Counted from the stretch's first letter, positions 1 to 36,515 are shown. The stretch is 64,000 nucleotides of DNA from Paraspadella gotoi (GCA_051294375.1 CM119270.1:11276965-11340964), one strand, 5' to 3'. Notes: a model not told the origin generated them from the sequence alone. Program-made: numbers and translations.

Positions 1-275
1 TTTTTTATATAATTTTTAAAAATGTCTTTATAGATTGTCTGGAATTTAAAGATATAAAGTGGCGCCTTTTTTTGCACAGGAGTGTAAGTCTAAGTTAACA
101 ATTTTTTAACACTTTTTCGGGGAAAGGGTGAGTTTATTTTTTTTCGGGTAGCGCTTAGAAGTGGGAAAGGGGTGGTTCGAATTTCTCTGCTTATAATTCA
201 GAAGAGGGAATGTGCCCTGCTTTAAAATTCCGTCTGAGATTCAGAGCGGAACGGCTTTGATCTACTCCAAGCCGC

Positions 276-593
276 AACAGACGGGATGGGAGAATGAGCC
301 AGTGAGGATGCCAAGGGCGAGGCCACAGATGGAGTTAACGAGAACAGATTGATGGAAATAAATCGGTGCAACAGATGGGGACGTTGAGCACAAGGACGAA
401 GCGAACGGAATTTGTCCGGGTTAACGACACTAAAACTTTTGTTAGTAATCCCATTAATTCTCTTTCGTTAAAAATAGAACAAAAAATGTGGGAATGAAAA
501 ACATATATTAAATCGTAAAAAATAATATTTTTTTTTATGTTATTGTTTCATTTGCCCTGTTTAATTAAACGCAGTTTTTTGCATCATAGCAAC
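276..593 (+). promoter_or_regulatory. Candidate otoferlin upstream regulatory cluster (CAGATG E-boxes, RFX-like half site)
   Basis: CAGATGG at 326 and 372, near-matches AACAGACGG (276) and AACAGATTG (343), and CATAGCAAC at 585-593. Confidence 0.3.
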
Positions 594-749
594 GAACGAG
601 ACAAGAATCATGAATGAGTTGCTGTCATTTCGCCTAAAGCGACTCAAGAACTGAAGGGAAAAAACCCGATAACTAAACCAATAAAAAAAGCCAATAATAA
701 AAACGAAACAAAAAAGAACTAAAAAGGAGAAAAAAGAAATTAATCCAAT

Positions 750-23538
<22,789 letters not shown>

Positions 23539-23868
23539 GGATAAAATGAATGCTTTTATGTCAGTTAAGTGATGTGGCGCTCATATGAGCCTATAAGAAT
23601 AATTGAATGTTTATGTTTGTTTGTTGGAATGCTACTCGATGTTAGAAAATACGACGAATCGCTTTTGTTTTTATTCTTTCTATTTAATCATTTAATGGTA
23701 TTTCCGATGTTCCTGCCAGAGTGAGAGGACATTTATTATGAAGAATATTTGACCCCAATGAGTCAAAAACCAGTATTTGCTATGCATTATCTGTATGAAA
23801 AGTTGATAAACTTTCATGATGTTTGAACTAAAATTTACATTGTATTATTATTTTTGTATTTTTATTTA

Positions 23869-23874
23869 AATAAA
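23869..23874 (+). terminator. Candidate polyadenylation signal of otoferlin
   Basis: AATAAA ~330 nt after the last stop codon, followed by a T-rich downstream element. Confidence 0.45.
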
Positions 23875-24452
23875 CTTGCTAACATAATTGTATTTTTACT
23901 TCTGAGAAGTTTATTTTAATTTTAACAGTTAGTCAAGTAGTTGGATATAGTGTCTAGAAGGTAAAAACTAATTAGTGAACAGAGCCTGTCCAAAGTTAGG
24001 GGCAAGATAGCTTATTAGATGAATGGATATTTTTATATTGGTTGTACCAATTTCATTGAGATCTCCGTAAAGGCTAACTGCTTGTCTATGCTAAAAGGAT
24101 AGGTGAAGTTACAATCTAAATTTAGTACTTTTTATTGAAAACAGCGAGAAACTGAGACTCCCATATTTCCTATTGGACAGAAAAAAAGTAAAGGATATCC
24201 CTAGGATAAAGAGTGAATAAACCTGATGTTTTCTGAATCATCTAAAACCTAAGGCGAAAAATATCGCTATAGAAAGAAACGCACATATTTAACGTAATAT
24301 CTTTCTATTCATTCTATGAAATCAGAACAGTCCGCTCCTTTATTACTCAGCTTTTATTTCAGTTCCTCCTAATACTTTATGGGAAGACCCGTATGTGAAA
24401 TGCAAATGACGATGAATCACGGGCGAGACTTCATTTCACCCACACTCGGCAA

Positions 24453-27400
24453 TCAAACTTCGAAAACTTCCACCAAAACGAGGGAAGTTCCGAAGCTCTC
24501 CTCCCGCTTTTCATCAAGGGTGGCAACTGAGGGAGGGAAAATAGGATAAGGCAAGTTACGTTGATAGTGATTGATTGTAACAATCTATTAGGAGATCAAT
24601 AAAGAGTGACGGCCTAACCTTAACATTTGAGATTGAAAGTTTGCAAGAGTGTTTTTATTAGATTTTTGGCTTATCCGCTTATAATAATTAGCTTATCTTT
24701 CCGACCATTTCATCTACCCATCACTACCCATCTCGAGCATCAGTATTATCTATCCATCTCCTAATCCATCAACCGATCCTAATCCATCCATCCTTCGCCC
24801 TCGTCTGCCTACCTTCAATGATGTAATTCATGTCCGGGTCCATCATGTCCGAGGGGATGTTGCACTCCATCGCCGTCCCAGGCAGATGCTTCCTGAAGAT
24901 GGGGTCTGTGCCGCAGTAGCACTCGTCGTCGTCGACGCAAGGGCCGCAGTCCGGCCCGCGTGGCTTTTGGGCTCCTTCGTAGACTGGCGGATAGACCACC
25001 ACCACGTATACAGGGTGCGGGCCTGAGGAACAGGCAACGGGTGGATATAGAGTGAGTCAACAAAATATATTTTTTATGCCCTCTATGGCCGTTAAAATTT
25101 AAATCCCTTTCATAAATCTTTTATGTATTTTCTCGCCCTTAAATATTTTTAGATCTTCTCGATATTCTAGATCCCTCGCAATATTCCTAAATCAAAATGG
25201 GTGAATTTTTCTCATCGTCGCTCACCGGGCGGATGTGACCAGGAAACCTTGAACTCTTGCTTCGATATCTTGTCGACTCTGAGTTTCCTGATTTCTTGCG
25301 TATCTTCTTCTCCTTGTCTGCTCGCGGAGAAAAGAGAGTCGGGGAATGTTTGATAATTACTGAACCTGTTTAGAAGGTCGTTTTTGACGAGTTGAGAAAA
25401 AAAGGCAATTTCATAAAACTCGTCAGCCCTTTTGACGTAAATGATAATTTATAATGTGAGGGAAAATGACTAGACTGTGTGAAAGTTGCAGATCAAAATT
25501 CGAATAGTTGTTCATGAACAGTTTTGTACTAAAGAACATTGATATATAAGAAAAAAATAATTTATCAATTTTTACATACGCCCATATTTATATATAATAC
25601 TTACCATAGAAAACGTCAAAATTTAAAAATAGTNNNNNNNNNNATTTATCAATTTTTACCTACGCCCATATTTATATATAATACTTACCATAGAAAACGT
25701 TAAAATTTAAAAATAGTTTGTTTTTAGTTTTGAAAGCAGATTCAAATTCCTCATAAAAAGTTGATAAAAGAAAATATAAGTCTTAATCAAAAATTCTTTC
25801 ATTAAGTCAACTAAAAGTTAACAAAACTATATTTTTTTACTAAAATTAAATTATAGGTTAACAATAAAAGTTTTTTACCAACTTAATGAAATGATTTTCT
25901 AAAAAAAAGTTATATTTCCTTTCATCAACTTTTTGTGAGGAATTCGAATCTGCTTTCAAAAATAGAAAAAAAAACATTTTAAAATTTTAACATTTTCTAT
26001 GGTGAGTACTATGTATAAATATGGGCTTATGCGAAAATTGAAAAATAAAAAATAAATTAAAGTACAAGCCTGTTCATGATCTAAATTTTGATTCTACTAG
26101 TTTTGAGTATTTTTCCTACGCTTTACTGACCATTAACGATCAACGTCTGCTCAGGGGGTACAAGACACTTTAACATGCTATTTATACACTAACAGAAATA
26201 AAAACGACGACAAAATCAAGAAAAATTCCTTGGAGCCTTACGTATGAATTTAGGAAAATTAAATTTGGAGTGTTTTACAAAATGTCAAAACAACCCTGAC
26301 ATCCAAATCAACTCATACTCAGCAGTTTACGGATTCCAGATAAAGAACTAAAAGCATTTGAAAAACAAATAAATAAAGACAAACAAACAATGCCCACCCT
26401 ACCTGTAGATGATCTTGAGATCGAGATCGGGCTGCACGGCCGACGTGGTGTACTCTATATCGGGATCGTCATCCTCGCACTCGTCTGTCTCCGGACAGAG
26501 GAGCCACTCGAGCAGCGAGGGACAATCTTCGTCGTCGTCGCAGTCGATGATGGGGACGAATTCGTCGCAGCCCCACTCCGCGTCGACGTACCAATCCCAC
26601 GGCGATTCGCCGCAGTCGTTGGGGTCGCGAGGAAAGGTGTCGCCGTCGCCGAAGCGTCGAGGGGGGACTTTGGAAAGGGAAGGGGGATGAGGGGAGAAAC
26701 TAATGAATTAAAAATCAAACGAAATCAGTCAAACCAATTCACCTTTTCAGCCCCAAACCACCCTTCGCTAAAAAAAAATGTTCGAGGTATTTTCCCACCT
26801 CACCCCAGCTTCCTTCCCTCCTTTCACCGCCCACGAAACTCACTAATGTCCGTGGTCTTGTCCGCCCCCAACTTGGCCTTCTCTCCGCCCGCGCATTGAC
26901 ACCCGGCGTTGAGATTCCAGTCCATCGCGTCGCGGTTCGACGACGACGACACCAGATCCGACGGCGCCGCCGACGTCGTCGCCGCCGGCACGCGCCGCGT
27001 CGATTGGCGCTTCGAAGGCAACGACCCCGTCGACCCACGATTCATCGTCGTCTGCCGCGCGGGTTGCGTCGAGTGCGCCTGCTGCGCCGCCGAGATGGGC
27101 GTGCCTCGCTGCCACTTTGACGCCCGCTGGGTTGGAGGGCCCTGACGGGTCGGCATCGACGGCTGAGTGGGTACGAAGGTCGGCAGGGCGATGGGAGCGA
27201 GGCCATCGACGCGCTGTTCGGAAGAAGATGCTCCCGACCCTACAGCCGACGTGGTCGAGGCGGGCGCGGCGTTGTTGACGTTGCGCGCGTAGATTTGAGA
27301 CATTCGGTTATTTGAGAGGCTGTAACTAAATAGAAGGAAGGAAGAAAGATACAATCCGATTTGTCGTTTGTTCAATCGACGATAATTTGTTTTTCTCTTG

Positions 27401-28013
27401 TTTTTCTTCAGTTAAACAACGGAATTAAATTAATTTTGTCATTATCATTTAAAAAAAAACAGTTTGAACCATAAAGATCAAGTGAAATAACTATACATCA
27501 GTCATTAAAATTCATGATTTGCCGAATACCGTATTTTTATCCATATCAGTTACAAATATGATCGTAACCAGCTAAATATTGTCTGTTTATCGTTCATATC
27601 ATCTCCCTGGCATTTACCTTATCACCCAATAGCCAATCACCTTGGACATCCCTTACCAGTAAGGCGTCTTCACCACAACGGGCGAGGGGACGTTTCTCTT
27701 CTCCGCCCTCGTCGCCTTCTCCGGATCTATCCTGGCGCCGCCCACTCGGATCTCTTTGGCGGAATCGCGCCGGTGCCAAGAGGCGCCGGAACCGCCAGGG
27801 CCGGCGGGAATCACGTTGCCAGTCGGCGTCACCACCATCGGCTGATAGAATCGGCCGCCGGTGCGGATGGCGCGTAATTGGCGACGATCGGGAGCGATGG
27901 TCGTCTGGCGCAGACACGAGGGTGCGGAGGCGGTGAAGTCGCTAGTTTTCTTATTTTTATATTATGTGGCAGCATCGAAAGCGCCAACTTAAAAGCTAAA
28001 CAACTCCAAGAAA

Positions 28014-28106
<93 letters not shown>

Positions 28107-28674
28107 ACAACATACACCTGGAAGTAAAAAGAGACTACTTTTTAAGAGACTAAATCATTTCTGTTCGAACCCTGGGTCGGCTACATCTCCTGCTACTATT
28201 TTCCATTTCTTTTTATTACTCTATTTCAGTGTATTTATCAATCCCCAGTTTAATTAAATTTAATTAATTGTAATTCTTATCTTTTCCTTAATTTTTCCTT
28301 TTTCCCTTTTTCTCTTTTTGCTCTCTTCCGCCTTTCCCACCTCCCCCCCCTCTCCACTCTACCTTCGCCACCTTCCCCAACGCCGACGCCGATCCCCGCG
28401 AATCCCTCCGCGGCGCCCTCACGACGCCGTAGCTTCGTTTCGCCATCATTCTATTTTGCGGCGTCGGTGAATCTCGGGACAACGTTGCCGGGTACGAGGT
28501 TGACGACGACCAAGGCTCCGGCGACGACTCGTCCGGAACGCGGTTCTCCCGCAGCGGGTCGTCGGGTTCCATGGGAACGAGCGTGTCGTCGTCGTCGTCG
28601 TCCTCCATCTCCGCCGACCGGTCTGATCTTCGGGCGTTGTTGGCCGAGATACTCTCGCGGGAAAATCCGGACAT
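24453..28674 (-). CDS. Uncharacterised protein: long low-complexity N-terminus, acidic Cys/Trp-rich segment, C-terminal fibronectin type III-like domain (7 exons)
   Basis: Phase-compatible exons at ~28363-28674, 27657-27842, ~26845-27319, ~26403-26667, ~25226-25317, ~24814-25022 and 24453-24526. The C-terminus IRKLRVDKISKQEFKVSWSHPPGPHPVYVVVVY...ECNIPSDMMDPDMNYIIEVATLDEKREESFGTSLVLVEV has the FN3 W/Y pattern. Confidence 0.7.
25490..26095. mobile_element. Foldback MITE (long imperfect inverted repeat) in an intron
   Basis: GCCCATATTTA..TACTTACCATAGAAAA..TTTTGAAAGCAGATTC..AAAAAGTTGAT is mirrored by ATCAACTTTTT..GAATCTGCTTTCAAAA..TTTTCTATGGTGAGTA..TAAATATGGGC. The ends are TCATGAACAG/CTGTTCATGA. 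Confidence 0.75.
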
Positions 28675-29174
28675 AGTACGAAGGATAAACGAATAAATAA
28701 AAACAATATATGAGATAAAAAAAAATTAAAGAAGACTATTAGGTTGGGCGAAGGGTAAGAGCAAAAAATACCCGGAAATTTTTTTACTATTTTGTACTAA
28801 GATGTGATTTTCGGCCAACGACAAAGAGATAGAGAAGAAAATGTTTCAAATGTTGAAAATAAATTTTGCTTGTCTAAAAAGAAAGCTTCCCTACTATTGT
28901 TTTAGCCAATTAGCGAAAAAAAAAAGAATTCTTTTTTGAAAAGTGGAGGGAGACACAAGATTAGCTGTTGAATTTAAATAAAACGATTTCATTCTTTACA
29001 AATTTAAAGAACATCCAGGACAGGAAACTTTATTCTCAAGAGACAAAGTTAGGAAATAAATAAGACAAAATTTATTTCATGATAGTGATTTTAGAAAAAA
29101 CAATACAGTACGACGGCACGATTTAACTTATTGAACATAGAATACGGTATGACACAAAGTAAAAAAAGATAGTA

Positions 29175-29798
29175 TTAACCACTGGTAACAAAAAGGCCTT
29201 TGTTCGTACAATAATTTCGACAGACGATCCAGGCGGCGACGGCCAAAGCGGCGCCCAACAGGCAGGTGGAGCAGAAGCAACCGCACCTGCCGAAGTTGCC
29301 CCACCTGTTGTTGCGCATCGGCTTGCCCGTCACCAGCTCCGCGTAGGCGGATCGTTTTTCGGGAAACCACCACATGGCCGACCAGAAGAGACAGGCGGGG
29401 ACGACGAGCACGGTGACGGCGAAGGCGGAGGCCGCGCCAAGACTGCAGGCGGTTTTGGAGCAGGGCGTGGCATAAGCGAGTGGCCCGTGACCCGAGAGGG
29501 AAGAGGAATTGGCGGACCGATTGGAGGGATTGTCGGCGAAAGAGGCCCCGGTGGGAACGGATGTGATGATGGCGCTCGTGGCGATGGAAAGTTCGCATGC
29601 TGGTGACGTGAGAATCGCCAGTAAAACGAAAAGGCGACAAGTAGCTTGTAATAAAGGACAATTGACATTAAATTTTCTTTTTATTAATATTATTGTCGAA
29701 CTTTTGGCTGAGCGAATTTTTTTCTCAACATAACAACAGAGCAAATTTCGTAGTTCGTACTAAAACAAATAAACTAATGTAAAAGGTTTCTTACCCAT
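29175..29798 (-). CDS. Small membrane protein (~157 aa; signal peptide + two TM helices, Cys-rich)
   Basis: Exon 1 ATG G|gtaag (29795-29798) spliced to 29644-29175 gives MATCRLFVLLAILTSPACELS...LGAASAFAVTVLVVPACLFWSAMWWF...CGCFCSTCLLGAALAVAAWIVCRNYC...*. Confidence 0.65.
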
Positions 29799-30307
29799 TT
29801 TAGTATTTTATCACGTTTTTTTCTTTTCTGTCATAATTTAATATTTCTTTTTACTTGAGCTTCGATTATAAGAAAATCACGGAATCATTTTGAAATCGAG
29901 TTTTTGAAAAAACTGGTCTTTTAGACTTTAAATTTGTCCTTGACTGACAAACTCATTTTTGAAGAAAAACGGGTTTTTTACCTTATTACTTTTATGAACT
30001 GGATTTATTAAAAGAAAGAAAAAAGCCAAAAAAGAAAGAAAAAAGAGAAAAATAAGGAAAAAAATAAATACGTATAAATGAGGCGAGATGGAAAAATAAA
30101 AAAGTTTTCACTTTAACTAAAAAGGCTGAACAGCCAAACGAGACAAGCGAGACAACCGTGACAAGCTACTTGATTAAACCATTTCTTACGTTTATACCAA
30201 TAGAAAATATGTTATTGTTAAAAACTATAAAAATTAGGTTGGCGGATATTGAACTTCTAATCTCGGTGCAAAATTGTTGTGTCCAAATGAAACCGTTTTC
30301 CTCTCAC

Positions 30308-30409
30308 TATTGCACTAATTGTTATCAGTCAAACGCGTCAAAAAAATTATTCCTTATTTAATAAGAATAATTTTTTTTGACGCTTTGACTGATAACAATT
30401 AGTGCAATA
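30308..30409. repeat. ~100-bp near-perfect palindrome (mini-MITE or hairpin)
   Basis: TATTGCACTAATTGTTATCAGTCAAA-GCGTCAAAAAAA..TTTTTTTGACGC-TTTGACTGATAACAATTAGTGCAATA, with TA at both ends. Confidence 0.85.
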
Positions 30410-30859
30410 ATATTTTGTAGAATTTGTAAGCATGCTTGTAAAATCAGACAAGCAAATATTTAAGTTACAAAAAATTCACATTTTTTTTATCCAAAAAACT
30501 TTAAAGTTTTACTAGAGTACAATTTAGCCTTTTTTCTTTCAGAATCATTAAAAAGAATTAAATTTTCATTTATTCTTATGGGGTGTCATTAGTTTTAAAA
30601 TTAATTATAATTTTGACTTAGTTTGACACTCACCCTGTAAGGAGGTTCAGCATAAGTAATTCTAAAATTGTATCTTGTATGTGCCCTATGATTATGCTTC
30701 ATTTTGGTACTATTACCATCCCTTTATCTTTATTCCTTCAAAAGATATTAGAAAAATCAGTTTTTTTTCTCAACCTTCCTTTTAATTTCTTTTAAATAAA
30801 AATTTCGCGATTCAAACCGGACTATTTCATTTAAACCTGATCATTTTATATCAAAATCA

Positions 30860-31260
30860 TTATAAAATGAAAAAAGAAAAATAGGACAAGCTCTTCAGAC
30901 ACAAAGCTATCAGAATCGCGAAATTCGAAATTGCTCATGTTACAGGAACATAGAGCAATCCCGTTTGCAATTTTAAGTTTGTAAACTTTCCCTTTCATTT
31001 CTATAGTAAAAATGAGGTTTGAAAATTCTCCGGAGATGAGTAGTGCTTTTCCCCTGGCTTGTTTGATATTAAATCCTTTATCAAATGCCATAAAACGAAT
31101 AGGACAAGCCTTCAGATGTAACGCTCTCGGAATCGTGCGTTTTTACAAGTGTTTTTTAACCGAATTTCTGGCAAACGCGTTTGCAATTTGGGTAGTCAGA
31201 TTTGAACGGAATTCTCTATTAGAAAAGATGTTAATTTTTTAAGCGAGATTCTCGTCTACT
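30860..31260 (-). pseudogene. Degenerate coding remnant, possibly a MULE/SWIM-finger transposase fragment
   Basis: Stop-interrupted frame ending ...IEMKGKVYKLKIANGIALCSCNMSNF resembles the 'Y.V....CSC' start of a SWIM finger. The downstream CxH is not seen. Confidence 0.25.
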
Positions 31261-32078
31261 TATTATTTTGTTTTGATATTTTTTGTGACATTCCTTCTTT
31301 TATTTTTATCCTCTATTCAGCCTGAATATTATTTTTCAACCTGAGGCGACTTACCACTATTTTTCAATTCTACAAGCCCAAAAAGCAGTATATTTTTTTT
31401 TCTCCTTTTTTCCAATTTGTTTTGGTAATAGATTTTTTTTAATAGCTTCTTAGTGTAAATTAAAATTCCAGTATATAGAAGTGGTTTCGTGTAATTTATT
31501 ATATTTATAAATATAAATGTTTTTCAATGATGCAAAAAAAAAAATTTGCCGCTTTTCAAAAGTTAAATTATTTCCTAGGTCCAAACTAATTATAAACAAA
31601 GATCGAAATAATTTAGCACAATTTATATATAATACCTACAAAAAGTAAAAAGAAATGCCTTTTTACACGTAAAACGTTTTTCTTTTTCGAGTTCAAAATT
31701 AAATCATTTTGTAAGATGTAACATTTTTAAAGGCCTTTAAAGAGATAATGTTTTTTTTTAATCGATAAATTCCTGTTGAAAATCAAAAATAAGGGAATAC
31801 GGGAGAAAAATGGCCGGGGGGCGATTGTGAGAATCTGTTGACAAGCCCGAAGTTAATTGTCTCTCAGTCGATCCTTGATCTTTTTTGTTCTTTACGCTTC
31901 TTTTTCTCAAGTTACCTTGGAGAACGTCGATACATTTGTCTTCCTCTAAACGATTTTCTCTCTTTCATTCCTTCTCTGTTTATTGTAGTCGGCATTAAAA
32001 ATTTTTTTATAATCCACCATTTAAATATAAAACAAAGAAGAGACAATTGTTTTCATAAAGAGAGGAAAAATATAAATT

Positions 32079-33011
32079 ATGGATAACAAAGACAAGAATT
32101 TGATTGGAAAAAAGTATATAGACACTGACGAGATTTGGAATAAAATCGGTCAATTTGGAAAGTTTCAATGGATATTTTATTTTGTGATTTGCCTGCAAAG
32201 GTAAGTCTCGCAAAGAAATATTTTCTACCGGCTTCACTTTCTATTCTATAATTTACTTAAAACTTTATTAAATCAATCAGCATAACCTTCGCGACCCACA
32301 ATCTGGCGTCGGTATATCTCGCGGCCGATCAAAAGTTCCATTGCATCTCTCCTTACAATAGTGCAAACCTAACAGGCGAAGACCACTGCTTCCTAAAGAA
32401 CAATTCCACAGAGACAGAGGTACGGATTTATCTGTAGACGCGTACGCCGTACACTCTTGAAATCGAAAAAAACTTTTACAGCTTGTTTCTTATTAATGAA
32501 AGAAATATATTTTAAAACTTTAATATTAAGGTCTTCGATTACTTTTGGATTTTATTCGGTTCTCATTTAAATTGTCCCTCATTTGTTTTGTTATGTCATT
32601 CAAAAATTTTTTTCTACGTTAAATTCAGTTAAAAAACGAATGTCTAAATTGGGTAAGTTTTAAATTTCAAATTTCAAATTTCAAACTAGTAAGTAAACTA
32701 TTAGGTTAAAAAAATGAAGAAAAATTCTGAAGATTGAAAAGTCCTTTATAATGTTTTATACAAAGAAGTATTAAATTTGACCTCCTGCTGCACTTTAAAA
32801 CTCAGGAATTCTGCGACGCTTGGTTTTTTGCGGAGGATTTTCGAACCTCATCCATCACGTCCGAAGTGAGAACGATTGATACATAAAGGAGGGAGATGAT
32901 GATGATCTTAAAACTTGGATGCCCGAGCTCTTAGGGCAATCTCCCAGGGCAATCATTTTTATTACGGGAGAATTTTGCCTGCCGCACGAGCGGTCTAAGG
33001 GCATTAATACT

Positions 33012-33074
<63 letters not shown>

Positions 33075-36000
33075 TTGAGAGTGATGACAGCACTAATTGA
33101 CAATATTAAAAATCTAGACACACGTATTCTAAAATAATAAAAAACGTTGTACTAAAATAAATGTCTGGGGGAAACTGTTGAAGGACAAATGTGAACTCAA
33201 AATTAAAACATACGTAATTCGGAGAGCACGAATAATGAAGAAACAACAAGAAAAAAGAAGAAAACAAGAAAGAAGTTAAATTTACAGGATATGATTAAGA
33301 ATAAATACGAAAAATGACAAAAGAAACAAATGCAATTCTTTACATGCATTTTTTTTTCTAGTGGAACATCGTGTGCGATCAGAAATGGCTCCGTTCCGTC
33401 ATCCAAGCTGTCTACATGGGAGGTCTGGTTGTCGGCAGCTTCTTCATGGGAGACCTGGCGGACAGGTGATGAAAATAAAACGACTGATAATAACTCCGAC
33501 TTACCGCTGCGAGCTGCTTGGCAAAGTTAGAGCGATTGGAATTTCGTCCTGATTAATCATTTCCCAAAATCTGTTTTTTCTTTCTTTTCTCCCCCTTCCC
33601 TCTACCTTCTTCCACCTCCTTCTCACCCCTCACAGGTTTGGCCGTGTCCCCGTCATCTTCGGCTCATCCCTCCTCCTTTTCTCTTCCTCCATCGCCACCG
33701 TCGTCTGTCCCGAGATCGTCTCCTTCAGCGTCGTCCGCTTTCTCAGCGGAGTCTCTCTGGCGGGAGTGCACAACACCGCCTACGTCTGGAGTGAGTGAGG
33801 CCGGTGGTTTTTTTGTTGTCATTGGTGTTTTGATTGTTGCAGTGACAAAGACAAGATTTAATTGGGAGACCTCAGGATTAAAAAGTCTATCAAGTCACTC
33901 AAATATCCCGAAGGAATACCGGGACAAAATGTAATTCTGAATTTTGAGCGATTTTTTTTTTAAGAGGTTGAAATTTTATATCGTGGTAAATTGTAACTTT
34001 AAAACATTTTCTTTAAAAAAAAAATAATAACATTAAATATACAAATTTATCAACCAAATTCAACATGCTATTCTCTTTCTATCCTTTTCTGATTAAAGTC
34101 TTGGAGATGGTCGGCACAGACTACCGCGCTATGGCGGCTCTCGGATCTGAACTCTTTTGGTCTTTGGGATTTCTCCTCCTGGCCGCATCCGGATTTCTCT
34201 TCAGGGATTGGGTCAGATTGCAATTGGTCATTGGAGTCCCCACCGTCTGCTTTATTCTCTACCGATGGTGAGTTTGGTTCAAAGATTTTGAGCCTTAACT
34301 TGAATCACTGATCGGTGAATTAATTGTGAACTTTCGCGCGCGTTCACATCTCAGGATTCTCCCAGAGTCTCCTCGCTGGCTGATCACACAATCACGCTTC
34401 GATGAGGCGGACCACGTGTTTCGCAAAGCGGCGAGGATCAACGGGACGGTTTTGCCGGAGGAGCTCAACCTAAGGACAGTGGTAAAGTTGGAGATTTAGA
34501 ACCTATTACCTCTTCTCTCTCCCTCTCTCTCTCTCTCTCTTCCCTATCACACGCTCCCTCTCGCTCTCTACTCAACAACAAACCAAGTACCAGCGTCCTT
34601 TTCCTCAGATTGGGAAGTTCTCAGCAATACTCCAATAATACCATGGCCAGAACTTTTCCTGTTAAGAAAGGATTAAGAAACCCAAAACATAATCATCAGA
34701 GTATGCATTTCTTAAATCTGAAATACGTTNNNNNNNNNNNNNNNNNNNNNNNNNNNNNNNNNNNNNNNNNNNNNNNNNNNNNNNNNNNNNNNNNNNNNNN
34801 NNNNNNNNNNNNNNNNNNNNNNNNNNNNNCTTACCTCAACTTTGCCTTTATGGGATTTGTTGAGGTTAGTATTTAGGTTTTTATCGTAACGTATTGTATG
34901 AAATTGCTAAAAATATAAAATTATCCATTCATTTAATAAATTGTATTGTAACATTGTATTATTTGTCGTCTGTGAGGGTTCAGGCCCGTTTTTCTTAATC
35001 GACGTACAGCGACTTCAACCTGGACTGATACGAAAAAACTTGTAATATAATTAAAACGAAGAACATTCGGGTTATAAAATTTGTTTATACTAATTATTAG
35101 TAAAAAAATACTAGATTTTTTTTCACCAATTCGTAAGATAGTTGTAGGGTTATAAACATTTTCCTCATAGGGTAAATTTTTGAAGAAACATTTTTTACTT
35201 TAAAATTTTTAATTTGAAAGTGGATCTTATTAGCAATCCTTCAGTTCCCATTAAAACAATTTAATTTTTTTTCATGCTTTATTTTTATGATTAGTAACAT
35301 ACTGATACTGATACTGATACGGATACTTCACAATCAGGGTTAATAGTTGTTAAATTGTTAAAAACTTAAAATTTGGACAAAAAAAATGAAGAAAAGTGAC
35401 TCCGCGCTTGAGAGCCACTGTGACTATACTATTAAAAGATTCGGATATTTTTTTAGGTCAACATAAATATCAATTAGTTTTTTAACTAATAAATGTTATA
35501 AAAAATTATACAAAGAAAGAATTACGAGTTTAATCAAATCTTTTCGTATCGCTCTAGATTGAAGTCCCAGTACTAGTTGCATCCTAAATTCATTCATACC
35601 TTCAGATTCCTGGTTTCCTTTTCTGCCTCATGACTTTATGGAAAATAAAAAGGCGAACGATTCTCTGCAGCAGTTTTGCCGCAACCGGCATCGTGCTGCT
35701 AATGCGACTCGTCATTCCCTTCATACCCATAGATCCAGAATATGGTAAGATTGATTTTTTTAAGAGACCTTTTGATATTTATTCGGGTTTTTATTTAGAC
35801 TTTGTAAAAGGCTTTTGTAACATTGGAGCGAACAGGATACTCAAATCAAGCAGACATTTTTTTTTCGAATGTTGAGTTGCCAATGACGAATCTAAACATA
35901 AAACCCTCCCAACCATATCCCTTAATCGCTCATTCAAGCGGAAGTACTCCGCTCGTTGGACACGACCTGCGCCATGTTGGGCAAGATGACGGCCTCCGCC

Positions 36001-36515
36001 TCTTTCGCTACGATGTACGTCTACACGACGGAAGCCTATCCGACCGTGATTCGCTCCTTGGGTCTCGGTGGCACTTCCATGCTGGCACGTCTGGGTGGCA
36101 TGCTCGCTCCCTTTATGGCGCAAATGGTATAATGTGTTTTTTATTTATTTCAGGTTCAGGTAATTCATGACGTTTATTTTTGCTTACAGACTTACAGACT
36201 GATAGACAAAATAGACAAAACGCAACTTAGTACATGAGTCACGCAGATTGCATAATACAATAATGCCGTATGTGAAATATGAAAGGACAAAGGAAAGAAA
36301 ATATTGATTTTTGTTTTCCATAACAGATGCAAGAACAACCAAATATACCCCCCGCGCTCTTCGGCTCCTGCTCTCTCCTTGCCTCTATGTTGCTCATTCT
36401 TTTGCCCGAGACTCGCGGGAGACCTCTGCCAGAATCCATCGAAGAAGGAGAGAATTTCGGACTGGATGATGGAAAAACAAAAGAGCAAGGAGAAGATCAG
36501 TACCGTGATATTTGA
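32079..36515 (+). CDS. SLC22/organic cation transporter (Orct-like MFS); middle exons hidden by the gap at 34730
   Basis: MDNKDK...IGQFGKFQWIFYF, SITSEWNIVCD, GDLADRFGRVPV, VLEMVGTDYRA, RDWVRLQL, ILPESPRWL, YLNFAFMGFVE, MYVYTTEAYPTVIRSLGLG..SMLARLGGMLAPF, LLPETRGRPLPESIEE. Confidence 0.93.

Noticed and set aside
25560-25716. Short direct repeats flanking 10-N gaps (also 22124-22178)
   Set aside because: Unmerged contig-end overlaps, not biological duplications.
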